Origin: an uncultured Bacteroidales bacterium
Lineage (GTDB): Bacteria; Bacteroidota; Bacteroidia; Bacteroidales; UBA932
Direction: 5' to 3'
Assembly: GCA_946999645.1 (NCBI GenBank)
Contig: CAMQDS010000006.1
Coordinates: 21,883 to 85,882 of the forward strand
Length of the DNA: 64,000 nt
Shown: positions 19,479 to 31,619 of the stretch, one piece after another
Layout: each line of letters starts with the position of its first letter
How positions within the stretch are numbered: position 1 is the first letter of the stretch
Made by a program: the position numbers and the translations under genes
Notes under the pieces: generated by a model
Database searches by the model: none
What the model was told of the DNA's origin: nothing
The model's input: only the letters and a program-made list of their open reading frames with translations

Positions 19479-21431
19479 ATGATTCCAAAGGATACAGTAG
19501 ACAAAATCATAGATGCTGCGCAGATTACTGATGTAGTTGGAGACTTTGTTTCGCTTAAGAGACGGGGTGCCAATTATGTTGCCTGCTGTCCTTTTCATAA
19601 TGAGAAAACTCCTTCTTTTTATGTATCTCCATCTAAGGGAATATATAAATGTTTCGGTTGCGGAAAATCAGGTACTGCAATCGGTTTTGTGATGGAGCAT
19701 GAGAGTATGTCTTATGTGGATGCTTTGAAATTTCTTGCAAGAAAGTATGGTATAGAAGTAGTTGAAAAAGAGGAATCGGCAGAGGAGATTGCTTTGCGTC
19801 AAAGAAGTGAGAGTTTATATCTGGCTTTAGAGTATGCCAATAAATTTTTCATTGATAGTTTGAAAGAGGGGGAAGGTCGTATTCTTGGCTACAAGTACTT
19901 CAAAGAAAGAGGACTTACAGATGAAACTATAATAAAATATGGTCTTGGTTGGGCACCTAAAGGAAGGACGGTATTTTATGATGCTGCTCGGAAAGCTGGC
20001 TATAAAGAGGACTTTTTAATAGCCGCAGGACTTTGTAACAAAAATGAAGATGGAAGCATATCGGACCGTTTTTTTGATAGAGTTATATTTCCTATACATT
20101 CTGTAAGCGGTAGAGTTATTGCTTTTGGAGGACGTACTCTCAAAGGAGGACATCCTGCAATGAAATATGTAAATTCCCCTGAAACAGAGATTTACGTAAA
20201 AAGTAAGTCCCTTTATGGGATATATTTTGCCAAAAATGAAATTGCCCGTAGGGATAAATGCTTTCTCGTTGAAGGGTATCTCGATGTGCTGTCTATGCAC
20301 CAACTCGGCATTACTAACGTGGTGGCATCGAGCGGTACTTCATTGACAGTGCCTCAAATTCGTCTTATAAAAAAGTTTACACAGAATGTAACCATAATGT
20401 ATGATGGTGATTCTGCTGGAATAAATGCTGCTTTGAGGGGAATAGGTCTGATTCTTAAGGAAGGCCTAAATGTCAAAGTTGTACTAATACCAGATGGGGA
20501 TGATCCAGATTCTTTCAGTCGCAAACATAGCCTTGATGAGGTTACAGAATTTATAGATAATGCCGAAACAGACTTTATAAGTTTTAAAACAAACCTTTTG
20601 CTTAAACAGGCTGGAGATGATCCATTGAAAAAGGCAGAACTTATAAATGATATTGCTGATACCATTGCTCTTATTCCAGATGCCGTAAAACGGAGTATGT
20701 ATGTTCAGAATAGTGCTGAAAATTTTAATATAGAAGCAGATATACTATTTGATAGGGTGCAGCAATCCCGTGAAAAAATACTGGATGAAACGCTTAATGA
20801 TATAGAGCAACAGGATAATAATGATAAAATATTAAATGAGGCGAGTTGTGTTGTAGAGCAGAATGTTGAAAATGCTCTTTTGCTGCCATCTGAAAGGGAA
20901 CTGCTTTGGTTTATTTTGAAGTATGGTAGTGAAGATATGGCTTTCAATGTAGATTCTGAATTTTATGATGAAGAAAATGTTTACACTGTGGCTGAATTTA
21001 TAGATTCTGCACTTGTGGCTGATAATCACCAATTTGAGAACTCTATTTACAGAAAAGTTTATAATCTGTATTTTGAGTTTTATGACAGTAATGACCGCCT
21101 TTCTCAACAAGAAATTGTAGCAAAGCTGATGGATGGGGAAGATAGAAATGTGGCTGAAATTGTTTCTGGTTTGATTCAGGAAAATCATATACTTACAGTT
21201 CAAAATTTTGCTGCTTCTATGACCGCCCTATCTACTTTTTTGGTTAAAAATGTCCCTCGTGCTATAATCGTTTATCAATCAAAACGTATACAGGATAAAA
21301 TTATCCATTTAAATAATGAATTAAAAAAAACAATAGAAGATGAATCTTCTCAGATAGAGATAATCAAGAAAATACAAGAAAAGACATTAATCCGAAAAAA
21401 AATTGACGAGCGTCTCGGAAGAATCAGATAG
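19479..21431 (+). CDS. dnaG: DNA primase
   Basis: Zinc-finger CCPFHNEKTPSF...CFGCG. Toprim region EGYLDVLS...MYDGDSAG. 650 aa. Confidence 0.9.
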   Translation: MIPKDTVDKIIDAAQITDVVGDFVSLKRRGANYVACCPFHNEKTPSFYVSPSKGIYKCFGCGKSGTAIGFVMEHESMSYVDALKFLARKYGIEVVEKEESAEEIALRQRSESLYLALEYANKFFIDSLKEGEGRILGYKYFKERGLTDETIIKYGLGWAPKGRTVFYDAARKAGYKEDFLIAAGLCNKNEDGSISDRFFDRVIFPIHSVSGRVIAFGGRTLKGGHPAMKYVNSPETEIYVKSKSLYGIYFAKNEIARRDKCFLVEGYLDVLSMHQLGITNVVASSGTSLTVPQIRLIKKFTQNVTIMYDGDSAGINAALRGIGLILKEGLNVKVVLIPDGDDPDSFSRKHSLDEVTEFIDNAETDFISFKTNLLLKQAGDDPLKKAELINDIADTIALIPDAVKRSMYVQNSAENFNIEADILFDRVQQSREKILDETLNDIEQQDNNDKILNEASCVVEQNVENALLLPSERELLWFILKYGSEDMAFNVDSEFYDEENVYTVAEFIDSALVADNHQFENSIYRKVYNLYFEFYDSNDRLSQQEIVAKLMDGEDRNVAEIVSGLIQENHILTVQNFAASMTALSTFLVKNVPRAIIVYQSKRIQDKIIHLNNELKKTIEDESSQIEIIKKIQEKTLIRKKIDERLGRIR

Positions 21432-21454
21432 ATAAATAATAAAATAATCATAGT

Positions 21455-23647
21455 ATGACAAGCAAATTCAATAGAACTATAGTTACTGCTGCCCTTCCTT
21501 ATGCCAATGGTCCAGTACATATCGGACATCTTGCTGGTGTATATGTACCTGCAGATATATATGTAAGATATTTAAGGTTAAGAGGTAAAGAGGTACTGTT
21601 CGTATGTGGAAGTGATGAGCATGGTGTCCCAATCACAATAAAGGCTAAGAAACTTGGCGTATCACCTCGGGATATAGTTGATAAGTATCACAATATTATA
21701 AAAGACTCTTTTAACAGGCTGGGAATTAATTTTGACATATATTCAAGGACTACATCTAAAGTTCATGAAAAAAATGCTGCCGATTTCTTTAAAAAACTCT
21801 ATGATAATGATAAGTTTATAACTAAAGAAACGGAGCAGTTCTATGATCCGGAGGCAAAAACTTTTCTTGCAGACAGATATATAACCGGTATCTGCCCAAA
21901 ATGTGGACACGAAGGGGCGTATGGGGATCAATGTGAGAAGTGCGGAAGTACTCTTAGTCCTGAGGAATTGATAAATCCGAAGTCTGCTCTTAGTGGTAGT
22001 ACTCCTCAAAAAGTTAAGACAAAGCATTGGTATCTGCCTTTAGATCAATATGAACCGTGGTTGCGAGATTGGATTTTGAATAAGCATAAAGAGTGGAAAG
22101 CCAATGTATATGGTCAATGCAAAAGTTGGATTGACGGTGGTCTTCAGCCTCGTGCCGTTAGCCGTGACCTTGATTGGGGGGTTCCGCTGCCGATAGAGGG
22201 AGCAGAAGGTAAGGTACTTTATGTATGGTTCGATGCTCCTATAGGTTATATTTCTAATACTAAGGAACTTCTGCCAAATTCTTGGGAAAAGTGGTGGAAA
22301 GATAACGGAACTCGTCTTGTGCATTTTATTGGGAAAGATAATATAGTATTCCATTGTATAGTATTTCCGTCAATGCTAAAGGCAGAAGGCTCTTACATAC
22401 TTCCTGATAATGTTCCTGCAAATGAATTTCTTAATTTGGAGGGAGATAAAATATCCACATCTCGAAATTGGGCAGTATGGCTGAATGAATACGTTGATGA
22501 ATTTCCTGGACAGGAAGACGTGTTAAGGTACGTTCTCTGTGCAAATGCTCCTGAAACCAAGGATAATGACTTCACTTGGAAAGATTTACAACAACGAAAC
22601 AACAGTGAGTTGGTGGCTATTTTGGGTAATTTCGTAAACAGGGCTGTTGTGCTTACAAAGAAATATTTTGATGGGAAAGTGCCAGCTAATCTAAAACCAG
22701 AACCAGTGGATGCAGATACAATGGCACAGATACTCCCATGCAAAAAATCTTTGGAAAATTGTATTGATACATTTCATTTCAGGGAAGCACTTAAAGAAGC
22801 TATGAATATAGCGCGTATCGGGAATAAATATATTTCAGATACCGAACCATGGAAGGTTGCTAAAACGGATATGGATAGGACAGCATCTATTCTGTATACT
22901 TCTTTGCAAATATGTGCAAGTCTTGCAATTGCTTTTGAGCCTTTCCTTCCGTTTTCGTCTGAGAAACTTCGTAGAATACTTAATGTAGGTATTAACGCAG
23001 GTATGGATTATCGTAAAGGAGAAGGTCCAGCTACAGAAAATTTCTATACAGAAAAAGAAAATTATGCTTTACATACAACACATATCGGCGAACCAGACAA
23101 CCGTGGTAATGGTTTGATGCTTTCATGGGAACAGTTGGGTACATCTGATATACTTCCTGTAGGTCATGAACTGGGAGAAACGGCGCTGCTGTTTGCAAAG
23201 ATTGAAGATGATGTTGTAGATGCTCAGATAGCAAAATTGGAGAATACAAAGAAAGATAACGAGGCTAAGCAGGCAGAAAAGGACGCAATGGAAGCTGCTT
23301 CAAGAGTGGAACCGCAAAAGGAAGAATGTTCTTATGATGATTTTGAAAAAATGGATATAAGGACGGCAACAGTGCTTAGTGCAGAGAGAGTTCCTAAAAC
23401 AGATAAGTTGCTAAAACTTACTATCAATACTGGAATTGATAATAGAGTGATTGTTTCGGGTATTGCAGAGTTTTATTCTCCTGAAGAATTATTAGGAAAA
23501 CAAATTTGTATTTTAGCTAATCTCAAACCTCGTATGATTCGTGGAATTGAATCAAGGGGTATGATACTTATGGCTCGTCAGGGTGATGGCAAGATGCGTT
23601 TTATTACTCCTGTTGAGGTTTTGGCTAATGGGGCTCAAATAGGATAG
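21455..23647 (+). CDS. metG: Methionine--tRNA ligase with C-terminal tRNA-binding domain
   Basis: HIGH-region [16 protein letters not shown]. Zinc knuckle CPKCGHEG...CEKCG. KMSKS-like KISTSRN. C-terminal EMAP/tRNA-binding region. 730 aa. Confidence 0.9.
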   Translation: MTSKFNRTIVTAALPYANGPVHIGHLAGVYVPADIYVRYLRLRGKEVLFVCGSDEHGVPITIKAKKLGVSPRDIVDKYHNIIKDSFNRLGINFDIYSRTTSKVHEKNAADFFKKLYDNDKFITKETEQFYDPEAKTFLADRYITGICPKCGHEGAYGDQCEKCGSTLSPEELINPKSALSGSTPQKVKTKHWYLPLDQYEPWLRDWILNKHKEWKANVYGQCKSWIDGGLQPRAVSRDLDWGVPLPIEGAEGKVLYVWFDAPIGYISNTKELLPNSWEKWWKDNGTRLVHFIGKDNIVFHCIVFPSMLKAEGSYILPDNVPANEFLNLEGDKISTSRNWAVWLNEYVDEFPGQEDVLRYVLCANAPETKDNDFTWKDLQQRNNSELVAILGNFVNRAVVLTKKYFDGKVPANLKPEPVDADTMAQILPCKKSLENCIDTFHFREALKEAMNIARIGNKYISDTEPWKVAKTDMDRTASILYTSLQICASLAIAFEPFLPFSSEKLRRILNVGINAGMDYRKGEGPATENFYTEKENYALHTTHIGEPDNRGNGLMLSWEQLGTSDILPVGHELGETALLFAKIEDDVVDAQIAKLENTKKDNEAKQAEKDAMEAASRVEPQKEECSYDDFEKMDIRTATVLSAERVPKTDKLLKLTINTGIDNRVIVSGIAEFYSPEELLGKQICILANLKPRMIRGIESRGMILMARQGDGKMRFITPVEVLANGAQIG

Positions 23648-23648
23648 G

Positions 23649-24683
23649 ATGAATATAAACTACAATATCCCTCTAAGGGCTTTTAATACATTCAAGATGG
23701 ATGTCACTGCTGCTTGTATGGTAGAATATTCATCGATTGAAGAACTTAAAGCCTTTTTTGAAGACAATAGATTGTCTGGAGAAATTCCTTTACCTTTTTT
23801 ACATATAGGAGGAGGAAGTAATCTATTGTTTACCAAAGATTTTACTGGTACAATACTACATTCTTCCATAAAATTTATCGAAAATAAAGGAAATGGAAAA
23901 GTGCGTGTGGGATCAGGAGTGTTGTGGGATGATTTTTGTCTTTACGTTTCATCGCATAATCTTTGGGGGGCTGAAAATCTTTCTTTGATACCAGGAGAAG
24001 TTGGAGCGGCAGCAGTGCAGAATATAGGAGCTTATGGACGTGAGGTTAAGGATATTATTGAGTCTGTGGAATGTTATGATATTATTGAACATAAAGAAGT
24101 AATATTTAATAATACAGACTGTGCATATTCTTATAGAGATTCTTTTTTTAAACAAGACGGAAAAGGGCGATATATAGTTACAGCTGTAAATTTCAACCTA
24201 TCAGAGACTTATGCTCCGTGTATAGATTATGGTCATATTCGTGAGAGTTTGGAAAAAATACAGAATAACGAAGAACTTACTCCAACTAAAATAAGGGAAA
24301 CTATTATAGATATTAGAAAAAATAAATTACCTGATCCTGCAGAGATCCCGAGTGCTGGAAGTTTTTTTAGAAATCCTTTTGTCCTGCCACAACAATATAT
24401 TTCAGTTAAAGATATTGCAGAAAAGGATGGACTGGGAGATGTGCCGCATTTTATCATGCCTAACGGTACTGTCAAGATACCTGCCGCTTGGTTGATAGAA
24501 AAGTGCGGATGGAAAGGCTTTAAATCAGGAAATGCAGGAGTCTATGAAAAGCAACCTTTAGTTATAATAAATTTAACTGGGAATGCAACACCAGAAGAAA
24601 TCCTTTCTATGGAAAGAAAAATTGTAGATTCTGTAAAGAATCGTTTTGGTATTTTATTACTTCCTGAAGTAGAACATATATAA
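23649..24683 (+). CDS. murB: UDP-N-acetylenolpyruvoylglucosamine reductase
   Basis: FAD-binding N-terminus LHIGGGSNLLF. 344 aa. Starts 2 nt after metG and is followed by murA. Confidence 0.75.
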   Translation: MNINYNIPLRAFNTFKMDVTAACMVEYSSIEELKAFFEDNRLSGEIPLPFLHIGGGSNLLFTKDFTGTILHSSIKFIENKGNGKVRVGSGVLWDDFCLYVSSHNLWGAENLSLIPGEVGAAAVQNIGAYGREVKDIIESVECYDIIEHKEVIFNNTDCAYSYRDSFFKQDGKGRYIVTAVNFNLSETYAPCIDYGHIRESLEKIQNNEELTPTKIRETIIDIRKNKLPDPAEIPSAGSFFRNPFVLPQQYISVKDIAEKDGLGDVPHFIMPNGTVKIPAAWLIEKCGWKGFKSGNAGVYEKQPLVIINLTGNATPEEILSMERKIVDSVKNRFGILLLPEVEHI

Positions 24684-24693
24684 GATTAATATT

Positions 24694-26013
24694 ATGAGTT
24701 CTTTTATAATAGAAGGCGGACATAAATTAAGTGGTGAAATTACTCCTCAGGGGGCAAAGAATGAGGCATTAGAGGTAATCAGTGCCGTACTTCTGACGAG
24801 TGAAAAGGTTACTATCAGCAATATTCCTGAAATTTTGGATGTAAAAAATCTTATATCCCTTTGTGTCGATATGGGAGTTAAGGTTAATTGTATTGAAAAG
24901 GGGAAATATGAATTTCAGGCTGATAACTTAGATAAGAAGTTTATACTGAGCCTTGATTTTGTCGAAAAATGTAAAAAACTGAGAGGCTCTGTAATGGTAG
25001 CCGGACCTCTATTGGCACGTTTGGGTGAGGTATATTTCCCTAAACCTGGTGGGGATAAAATAGGTCGCCGCAGATTAGATACTCATATAATGGGAATGGC
25101 AAGCCTTGGAGCAGAATTGAGTTATAGTGAAGAATGTCATGCTTATCATTTGGCTTCGCCTGCTAATTCTGGACTTAGGGGTAGCTATATGCTTTTAGAC
25201 GAAGCTTCTGTTACTGGTACGGCTAATATTCTTATGGCAGCTTCTTTGGCAAAGGGAAAAACGGTTATATATAACGCGGCTTGTGAACCATATATACAAC
25301 AACTTTGTCGTATGCTTATAAAGATGGGTGCCATAATAGAGGGTATAGGTTCCAATTTGCTTACTATCACTGGTACATCTTCTCTTAAAGGTACAAATCA
25401 TACTATTTTGCCGGATATGATTGAGGTTGGAAGTTTTATAGGAATGGCTGCTCTGAATTGCAGCAGTATTACTATCAAGAATACTTCTTATACCAATCTG
25501 GGTATTATACCCGAAAGTTTTAGAAGAGTGGGAGTTGCTCTTGAACAGAGAGGAGATGATATTTTTGTTCCAGAACAGGAAAGTTATGTGATAGAATCGT
25601 TTATGGATGGATCTATTATGACGATTGCTGATGCACCTTGGCCAGGACTTACTCCTGATCTTTTGAGCGTTATTTTAGTTGTTGCTACTCAATGTAAAGG
25701 AAGTGTTCTTATCCATCAGAAGATGTTTGAAAGTCGTTTATTCTTTGTAGACCGACTTATAGATATGGGGGCTCAGATTATCTTGTGCGATCCTCACCGT
25801 GCAGTGGTGATAGGTCATGATCATAATTTCCGGTTAAGGGCGGGTAATATGCTTTCTCCTGATATACGTGCAGGTATTGCCCTTCTTATTGCCGCCATGT
25901 CAGCTAATGGAACAAGTGTTATAGGAAATATTGAGCAGATAGACCGCGGTTATGAAGATATTGACGGGCGTTTGAATGCCTTAGGTGCATGTATAACAAG
26001 AAAATCGGAATAA
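24694..26013 (+). CDS. murA: UDP-N-acetylglucosamine 1-carboxyvinyltransferase
   Basis: N-terminus FIIEGGHKLSGEITPQGAKNEAL and the EPT-fold length (439 aa). Confidence 0.9.
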   Translation: MSSFIIEGGHKLSGEITPQGAKNEALEVISAVLLTSEKVTISNIPEILDVKNLISLCVDMGVKVNCIEKGKYEFQADNLDKKFILSLDFVEKCKKLRGSVMVAGPLLARLGEVYFPKPGGDKIGRRRLDTHIMGMASLGAELSYSEECHAYHLASPANSGLRGSYMLLDEASVTGTANILMAASLAKGKTVIYNAACEPYIQQLCRMLIKMGAIIEGIGSNLLTITGTSSLKGTNHTILPDMIEVGSFIGMAALNCSSITIKNTSYTNLGIIPESFRRVGVALEQRGDDIFVPEQESYVIESFMDGSIMTIADAPWPGLTPDLLSVILVVATQCKGSVLIHQKMFESRLFFVDRLIDMGAQIILCDPHRAVVIGHDHNFRLRAGNMLSPDIRAGIALLIAAMSANGTSVIGNIEQIDRGYEDIDGRLNALGACITRKSE

Positions 26014-26023
26014 TATTACTTGA

Positions 26024-28090
26024 ATGGGATTTTTCTATATTTTACTATCAGCATTGATTTTATCGGGACCTAAAAATATTTTGCCCGAACCAGTGAAATA
26101 TGAAGTTAAGGAAAATTATTATTGCCTTAATGGAAACATAACCTATAAAATAGAATCATACGATTTTGAAAGAAAGGAAAAACTTATAGATCAAATAAAT
26201 GAGTCTTTTCCGAAACTTATAAATGTATCTTCTAGTCCAAACATACATATATTTATTGAGGGAAAAAGGTTTAAAAATAAACTGAAGATAAATTCGTGTC
26301 CAGATAATTTAATTAATGAAGGATATAAATTAGAAATTAATAAAAAAGGAATAATTATTAGGTCCGAAGATATACAGGGGGCTTATTATGCCTTAATCAG
26401 TATTGACCAAATGCTGTTGTTTTCTTCTAACTTGCAGTATTGTAATATCTTAGACTATCCTCGTTATGGTTATAGGGGAATGATGTTGGATTTATCGCGT
26501 CACTTTAGTTCTGCAGATTTTATAAAAAAGCAGATTAATATGATGAGTAGTCTGAAAATGAATAAATTACATCTTCACCTTACAGATGATGCCGGGTGGC
26601 GTATTCAGATAGATAAGTATCCTCGACTTAAAACCTATTCGGCATGGCGTATAGGCAAGACATGGAAAGAGTGGTATAATACCACTAAATCTTATACAGA
26701 AGAAGGAACTCCAGGGGCGTATGGAGGTTACCTTACCAAGGATGAGATTAAGGATTTAGTGAAATATGCATCAAAAAGAAATATTGAAATCATCCCTGAA
26801 ATTGAAATTCCAGGACATAGTCGTGAACTTATAATGGCTTATCCGCAAATAGCCTGTCGTACCAATAAGTCTGATTTGAAAACTATGATTGAAAGTTCGG
26901 ATGTCTGCCCCGGCAATGAAGAAACATATACAATGTTTAGCAATATCTTGTCTGAAATCGCTGAACTGTTCCCATCAAAATATATTCATATAGGAGGCGA
27001 TGAGGCCGTAAAGTCTTCATGGAAAAATTGTGCTATTTGTAAGGAAAGAGTTAGAGAACAAGGATTTAACTCAATAGATGAGTTGCAGGGCTATTGTATT
27101 AATCGTATTTATAATATCGCCCACTCTTTGGGTAAAAAGATTATAGGATGGGATGAAATGTTAGATAGTAAAATTCCTGATGATGTTACTATTATGGCAT
27201 GGAGGGGAATAGAGTCTGCACAAAAAGCCATAAACACTGGGCATAAAGTAATATTTACACCTACATCACATTGCTACCTTGATTATACTCAGGACCCACA
27301 ATTTAAAGAGCCTGAATCGATAGGGGGTTATACCCCATTGGAACAATGTTATTCACTTGAACCTGAAGAGAATAACTCAGATCGCCAATATATCTTGGGT
27401 GTTCAGGGTAATCTTTGGAGAGAATTTATACCTACAGATGAATATTCCGAATACATGCTTTATCCTCGTATTTATGCTCTTGCAGAAGTTGGCTGGTCTC
27501 CTAAAGGAACAAAAAATTATACTGCATTCAGGCACAGGGCAAACGATTTTAGAAAAAAGATGAAAGAAAGAGGTTACAATTCTTTCGATATGGATACGGA
27601 GTTGGGCAATAGACCAGAATACTATCAGGTAACAGAACATTTGGCAAAGGGTAAAAAAGTAATATTCAATACAGCATACGAAGACAAGTATTCTGGATCG
27701 GGAGAAGGTACTTTGACGGATGGTCTTTTTGGGGGTTGTAATCATGCTGACGGAAGGTGGTTAGGTTTTCTTAACAAAGATGTTGAACTTACTGTAGATC
27801 TTGGTAGTGTTCAAGAACTTCATTACATAGGTTCGTCATTTTTAGGGGCTAAAAACGTGTGGATTGGAAGACCTGAAAAGGTTGAAATATTTGTTTCAGA
27901 CAACGGGCAAAACTTCAAACCGATATTAACAATTTTAGATGAAATTCCAGAACCTGTTGAAAAACAAATATTTATTAACTATGGTGGAGTAGTAAATACA
28001 TCAGCACGTTTCGTGAAATACAAAGCTTACAGGAGGAAAGCAAAGCTATATAACGACTGGCTATTTTTAGATGAACTTATAGTCAATTAA
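26024..28090 (+). CDS. GH20 beta-N-acetylhexosaminidase with C-terminal F5/8 type C (discoidin)-like domain
   Basis: GH20 catalytic motifs [14 protein letters not shown] and HIGGDEA. The C-terminal ~150 aa are beta-sandwich-like. 688 aa. Confidence 0.8.
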   Translation: MGFFYILLSALILSGPKNILPEPVKYEVKENYYCLNGNITYKIESYDFERKEKLIDQINESFPKLINVSSSPNIHIFIEGKRFKNKLKINSCPDNLINEGYKLEINKKGIIIRSEDIQGAYYALISIDQMLLFSSNLQYCNILDYPRYGYRGMMLDLSRHFSSADFIKKQINMMSSLKMNKLHLHLTDDAGWRIQIDKYPRLKTYSAWRIGKTWKEWYNTTKSYTEEGTPGAYGGYLTKDEIKDLVKYASKRNIEIIPEIEIPGHSRELIMAYPQIACRTNKSDLKTMIESSDVCPGNEETYTMFSNILSEIAELFPSKYIHIGGDEAVKSSWKNCAICKERVREQGFNSIDELQGYCINRIYNIAHSLGKKIIGWDEMLDSKIPDDVTIMAWRGIESAQKAINTGHKVIFTPTSHCYLDYTQDPQFKEPESIGGYTPLEQCYSLEPEENNSDRQYILGVQGNLWREFIPTDEYSEYMLYPRIYALAEVGWSPKGTKNYTAFRHRANDFRKKMKERGYNSFDMDTELGNRPEYYQVTEHLAKGKKVIFNTAYEDKYSGSGEGTLTDGLFGGCNHADGRWLGFLNKDVELTVDLGSVQELHYIGSSFLGAKNVWIGRPEKVEIFVSDNGQNFKPILTILDEIPEPVEKQIFINYGGVVNTSARFVKYKAYRRKAKLYNDWLFLDELIVN

Positions 28091-28887
28091 ATGTTCTCCA
28101 CATTGCTTTTGGTTCTTTCCAAAAAGGCAGCGTGTTCTTTTTTTGCTCTTTCCACAGAAACTGAACGTTTGAGTACAAAACCTGACCCAAGGTATTTTGT
28201 CCTAACATCTTCGTCGGCTGCAAGTTCTTGTGGCGTACCTTTTTGAAGAATTGTACCTTCATAAAGCAGATAAGCCCTGTCGGTAATAGCAAGAGTTTCA
28301 CCTACATTATGATCGGTTATTATAACTCCTATGTTTTTATACTTAAGTTTTGCAATTATGAACTGTATGTCTTCTACTGCTATAGGGTCTACGCCTGCAA
28401 AAGGTTCATCAAGTAAAATAAATTTAGGGTCTATAGAAAGAGCTCGAGCGATTTCACAACGTCGTCTTTCTCCTCCAGAGAGTTGAATACCAAGACTTTT
28501 GCGAACTTTGGAAAGATTAAACTCATCTATCAGAGATTCCAATCTTTCTTCTCTTTCCTCTCTGCTCATCCCTGACATCTCCATAACTGACATAATGTTA
28601 TCTTCCACTGACATCTTCCTGAAAACAGATGCTTCCTGAGGTAGGTATCCTACACCTTTTTTAGCCCTCAGATACATAGGAAGTTTGGTTATCTCTTCAT
28701 CATCAAGAAAAATCTTGCCTTCGTTAGGTACAATCTGTCCTGTAATCATATAGAAACTCGTAGTCTTCCCCGCTCCGTTAGGTCCAAGAAATCCTACAAT
28801 TTCCCCTTGTTCCACTTCCATGGAAACCCCTTTTACGACAGTCCTTATTCCATATTTTTTTACAAGATTTTCTGCTCTGAGTTTCAT
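28087..28887 (-). CDS. lptB: LPS export ABC transporter ATP-binding protein
   Basis: Walker [10 protein letters not shown], signature [15 protein letters not shown], Walker [12 protein letters not shown]. 266 aa with the LptB-type C-terminal extension. Confidence 0.8.
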   Translation of the reverse strand: MKLRAENLVKKYGIRTVVKGVSMEVEQGEIVGFLGPNGAGKTTSFYMITGQIVPNEGKIFLDDEEITKLPMYLRAKKGVGYLPQEASVFRKMSVEDNIMSVMEMSGMSREEREERLESLIDEFNLSKVRKSLGIQLSGGERRRCEIARALSIDPKFILLDEPFAGVDPIAVEDIQFIIAKLKYKNIGVIITDHNVGETLAITDRAYLLYEGTILQKGTPQELAADEDVRTKYLGSGFVLKRSVSVERAKKEHAAFLERTKSNVENI

Positions 28888-28894
28888 ATTTAAA

Positions 28895-30700
28895 CTATAA
28901 TTTTGTGTCCAAGTCTAAATCTTTAACAAGATTTTTCACCTCTGGATTCATATTCATTAATTCTATAGCCCTTTCTTTTGGAGGTGTCGGCTTATTTTCG
29001 ATTTCTTCATCTTCAAGGACAGAAACCATCAGCCTTATTTTAGAAGATAATGTCAATTTTTGGAGTTGTCTTTCCAACTCATTCAACAACTTTTCTTTAA
29101 TCCATTGCTGCTGTGCAGTATTTACTACATAGAAAGTTACGGTTTTAATCCCGTCTTGTTCACTAATCTCGATTTTACTTTGTTGTAAAGTTGTTTGTAG
29201 CCGCGGACGTGAAACATATTCATTCGGTATCTTATCCCACGCCTCAGTTATTTTTTCATCGGTAGGAACTTCATTATTCTCCGATTGAACCATCTCCACA
29301 ACATTCTCGTTGTTGCTATCATCTTTTTTGAGAGATGATAATGATAGTGCAGATGCTTTTCCTAAATTTCTCCTTCTCGGCGTTGCCGTTTTTGGTTCGA
29401 CTTCGGTTTTTGGCTCTGTTTCAGTTTTTGGCTCTGCTCCGGTTTTTAGTTCTGTTTCAGTCTTTGGCTTGGCTTCAGACTTTTGCACTTTCTCGGTTTT
29501 TGTCTCTGCTTCAGTTTTTGTCTCTGCTTCAGACTTTTGCGCCCTCTCTGTTGCTGGCTCTTTCGTGTCTTTTTGAGTTTCCGATGCTCCTGTATCTTTT
29601 ACAAAATTTGAGTTTATAAAACTCAATTTCATCAAAGTAAATTCGATATGAAGCCGAGGATTTATACTAGTTCTATATCCTGATTCACAAGATATTGTAG
29701 TGTTTAGAGCATCATAGAGAAATTTTAGGGAACACTTTGCGGCTTGTTCGGCATACCTTGCTTTAAGTGACTCTGGAAGTTCCAATAGAACCGAAAGTCC
29801 GCCACTTCTCGCTACCAATAAATCTCTGAAATGAGAACTTAAGGCAGCCACAAAATGAAGTGCATTAAAGCCCTGTGACAAAATCTTGTCAAATATTAGT
29901 AAAGTATCCTGATAGTTGCCTGAAAGAAAATCGTCAACCAATTTGAAACAGTATTCATAATCCAATACATTCAAGTTTTTCAGGACAGAGTTGTAATCTA
30001 CATTATTGCCACAGAAAGCTATGGTACGGTCAAAGATTGTGAGGGCATCCCTCATGGCTCCATCTGCTTTTTGTGCTATTATATGTAGGGATTCGTCTCC
30101 GATTGTTATATTCTCCTTATTTGCAATTTCTTTTAGATTTCGCACTATGTCGGGGATGCTTATCCTATTAAAATCATAAGTCTGGCAACGGGATAATATA
30201 GTCGGAAGAATCTTATGTTTTTCAGTTGTAGCAAGTATGAAGATAGCATGTGCAGGTGGTTCTTCGAGAGTTTTCAGAAAAGCATTAAACGCTGATTGGG
30301 ATAGCATATGCACCTCATCTACGATATAAACGCTATATTTACCTATCTGTGGAGGAATATTAACTCTCTCAATTAATGCTTTTATATCTTCTACTCCGTT
30401 ATTGGAGGCTGCATCCAACTCGTGAATACAGTATGAACGCCCTTCTTGAAAGGAAACGCAGGACTCGCATTTGCAGCAAGGCTCCATATCTGGAGTAGGA
30501 TTGGAACAGTTTATAGTTTTGGCAAATATACGTGCCGCACTTGTTTTTCCAACTCCTCGCGGTCCGCAAAAAAGATAGGCATGAGCAAGTTGCCCCCTAA
30601 GTATTGAGTTCTTTAGAGTTTTTGCTATATTATCTTGACCGATAAGTGATTCGAAAGAATCTGGTCTATATTTACGTGCTGAAACTATGTACTGATTCAT
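28895..30700 (-). CDS. dnaX: DNA polymerase III subunit gamma/tau
   Basis: [13 protein letters not shown]...GPRGVGKTS clamp-loader AAA+ N-terminus. Zinc module CCKCESC. A low-complexity K/E/T-rich linker. 601 aa. Confidence 0.9.
   Translation of the reverse strand: MNQYIVSARKYRPDSFESLIGQDNIAKTLKNSILRGQLAHAYLFCGPRGVGKTSAARIFAKTINCSNPTPDMEPCCKCESCVSFQEGRSYCIHELDAASNNGVEDIKALIERVNIPPQIGKYSVYIVDEVHMLSQSAFNAFLKTLEEPPAHAIFILATTEKHKILPTILSRCQTYDFNRISIPDIVRNLKEIANKENITIGDESLHIIAQKADGAMRDALTIFDRTIAFCGNNVDYNSVLKNLNVLDYEYCFKLVDDFLSGNYQDTLLIFDKILSQGFNALHFVAALSSHFRDLLVARSGGLSVLLELPESLKARYAEQAAKCSLKFLYDALNTTISCESGYRTSINPRLHIEFTLMKLSFINSNFVKDTGASETQKDTKEPATERAQKSEAETKTEAETKTEKVQKSEAKPKTETELKTGAEPKTETEPKTEVEPKTATPRRRNLGKASALSLSSLKKDDSNNENVVEMVQSENNEVPTDEKITEAWDKIPNEYVSRPRLQTTLQQSKIEISEQDGIKTVTFYVVNTAQQQWIKEKLLNELERQLQKLTLSSKIRLMVSVLEDEEIENKPTPPKERAIELMNMNPEVKNLVKDLDLDTKL
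29380..29550 (-). repeat. In-frame tandem coding repeat within dnaX (18-nt units)
   Basis: The unit TTTTTGTCTCTGCTTCAG is perfectly duplicated at 29497-29514 and 29515-29532 and is flanked by degenerate copies. It encodes (E/A)(T/P)KTE(T/V/A) repeats on the minus strand. Confidence 0.7.
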
Positions 30701-30749
30701 CCTGAATTATAAGTAGCGTAATCGCAAATTTAATCATTATTTTGTAACT

Positions 30750-31604
30750 TTGACCAAAATATGGATTATGAGAAAATTTATAATATTCATACTTTTTAGT
30801 CTTGTACCAATAAGTTTATTCGCGCAGGCTCAAATTCTTACAAAAAAAGAAAAATTAAGTGATTTCCCTAATAAAATCACCAAGGTAGTACTTTTAGGCA
30901 ATGATTTTAAGGATAGAGCAATCAAGGAGGCTGTCAATAATTCATGGCATATATCTCCTTTTGAGTTCTGTGATATGCAGTCTTTTGAAAAGTTAAAGAC
31001 AAATCCAGATTTGTATTTTCTTATGCTTGTAAATATCCGTAACAAAAAAGAATCTAAACCTGGTATTTCTGCATTTACTCTTATAAAAGGTGACAAGAAT
31101 GTTAAAAGCATTGATGATATGCTTGAAGTCATAAGCATACCTGTTTGTGCAGCAGATTCTCCTTCAGGTAAGGAAATGGCGATGATGCCTGCTCTGTTGG
31201 ATATGATGCAGGAGTATGTTGCGAAATCTCTTGTGAATGGTTTTTCTTCTATTGGCAGTATCGTGAAAAACCTTAAGTGCACCAAGAATATGGCTCTATT
31301 TTTTGATAAGGAAGACTTTTCTCCACAATTAGATTCTGTATATGTTTCAGGAAAATTTGACAAACAAATAATTGTTGGTGATGAGGGTACTGTAATAAGA
31401 GCAATGATGGATGCAAATGATATGTCTGCCGTGGGTTATGTGATTTGTCCTTCCAAGCCGCAAAAAGGTTCTCTGTGCTATCTGATGTTATTTAATGCAG
31501 GAACTCATGAACTGTACTATTTTAAAAAGAGGAAGATAGGTGGTAATCTGAATGTCGGTTTTATGAAATCAGACATAAATAAAATTATATCATTCAGAAA
31601 GTAA
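30750..31604 (+). CDS. Hypothetical secreted protein
   Basis: Signal peptide MRKFIIFILFSLVPISLFAQAQ. 284 aa. No recognisable motif. Confidence 0.55.
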   Translation: MTKIWIMRKFIIFILFSLVPISLFAQAQILTKKEKLSDFPNKITKVVLLGNDFKDRAIKEAVNNSWHISPFEFCDMQSFEKLKTNPDLYFLMLVNIRNKKESKPGISAFTLIKGDKNVKSIDDMLEVISIPVCAADSPSGKEMAMMPALLDMMQEYVAKSLVNGFSSIGSIVKNLKCTKNMALFFDKEDFSPQLDSVYVSGKFDKQIIVGDEGTVIRAMMDANDMSAVGYVICPSKPQKGSLCYLMLFNAGTHELYYFKKRKIGGNLNVGFMKSDINKIISFRK

Positions 31605-31619
31605 AATAGGTGGTAGATT

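Noticed and set aside
20016-21203. Minus-strand ORFs of 80-123 aa inside dnaG
   Set aside because: They are antisense to the primase gene and carry no motifs.
29380-29550. Possible CRISPR-like array because of short tandem repeats
   Set aside because: The repeats are contiguous 18-nt units with no spacers. They lie in-frame inside dnaX and encode a low-complexity linker, and there are no cas genes.
29310-29619. Two plus-strand ORFs (88 and 94 aa) with repetitive FGS/VFG and LxFLxL peptides
   Set aside because: They are antisense or frame-shifted readings of the dnaX tandem-repeat region. The repetitiveness is inherited from the coding repeat on the minus strand.
30830-31363. 177-aa minus-strand ORF
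   Set aside because: It is antisense to the 284-aa signal-peptide protein on the plus strand. The plus-strand ORF has a credible Bacteroidota signal peptide and a more protein-like composition.
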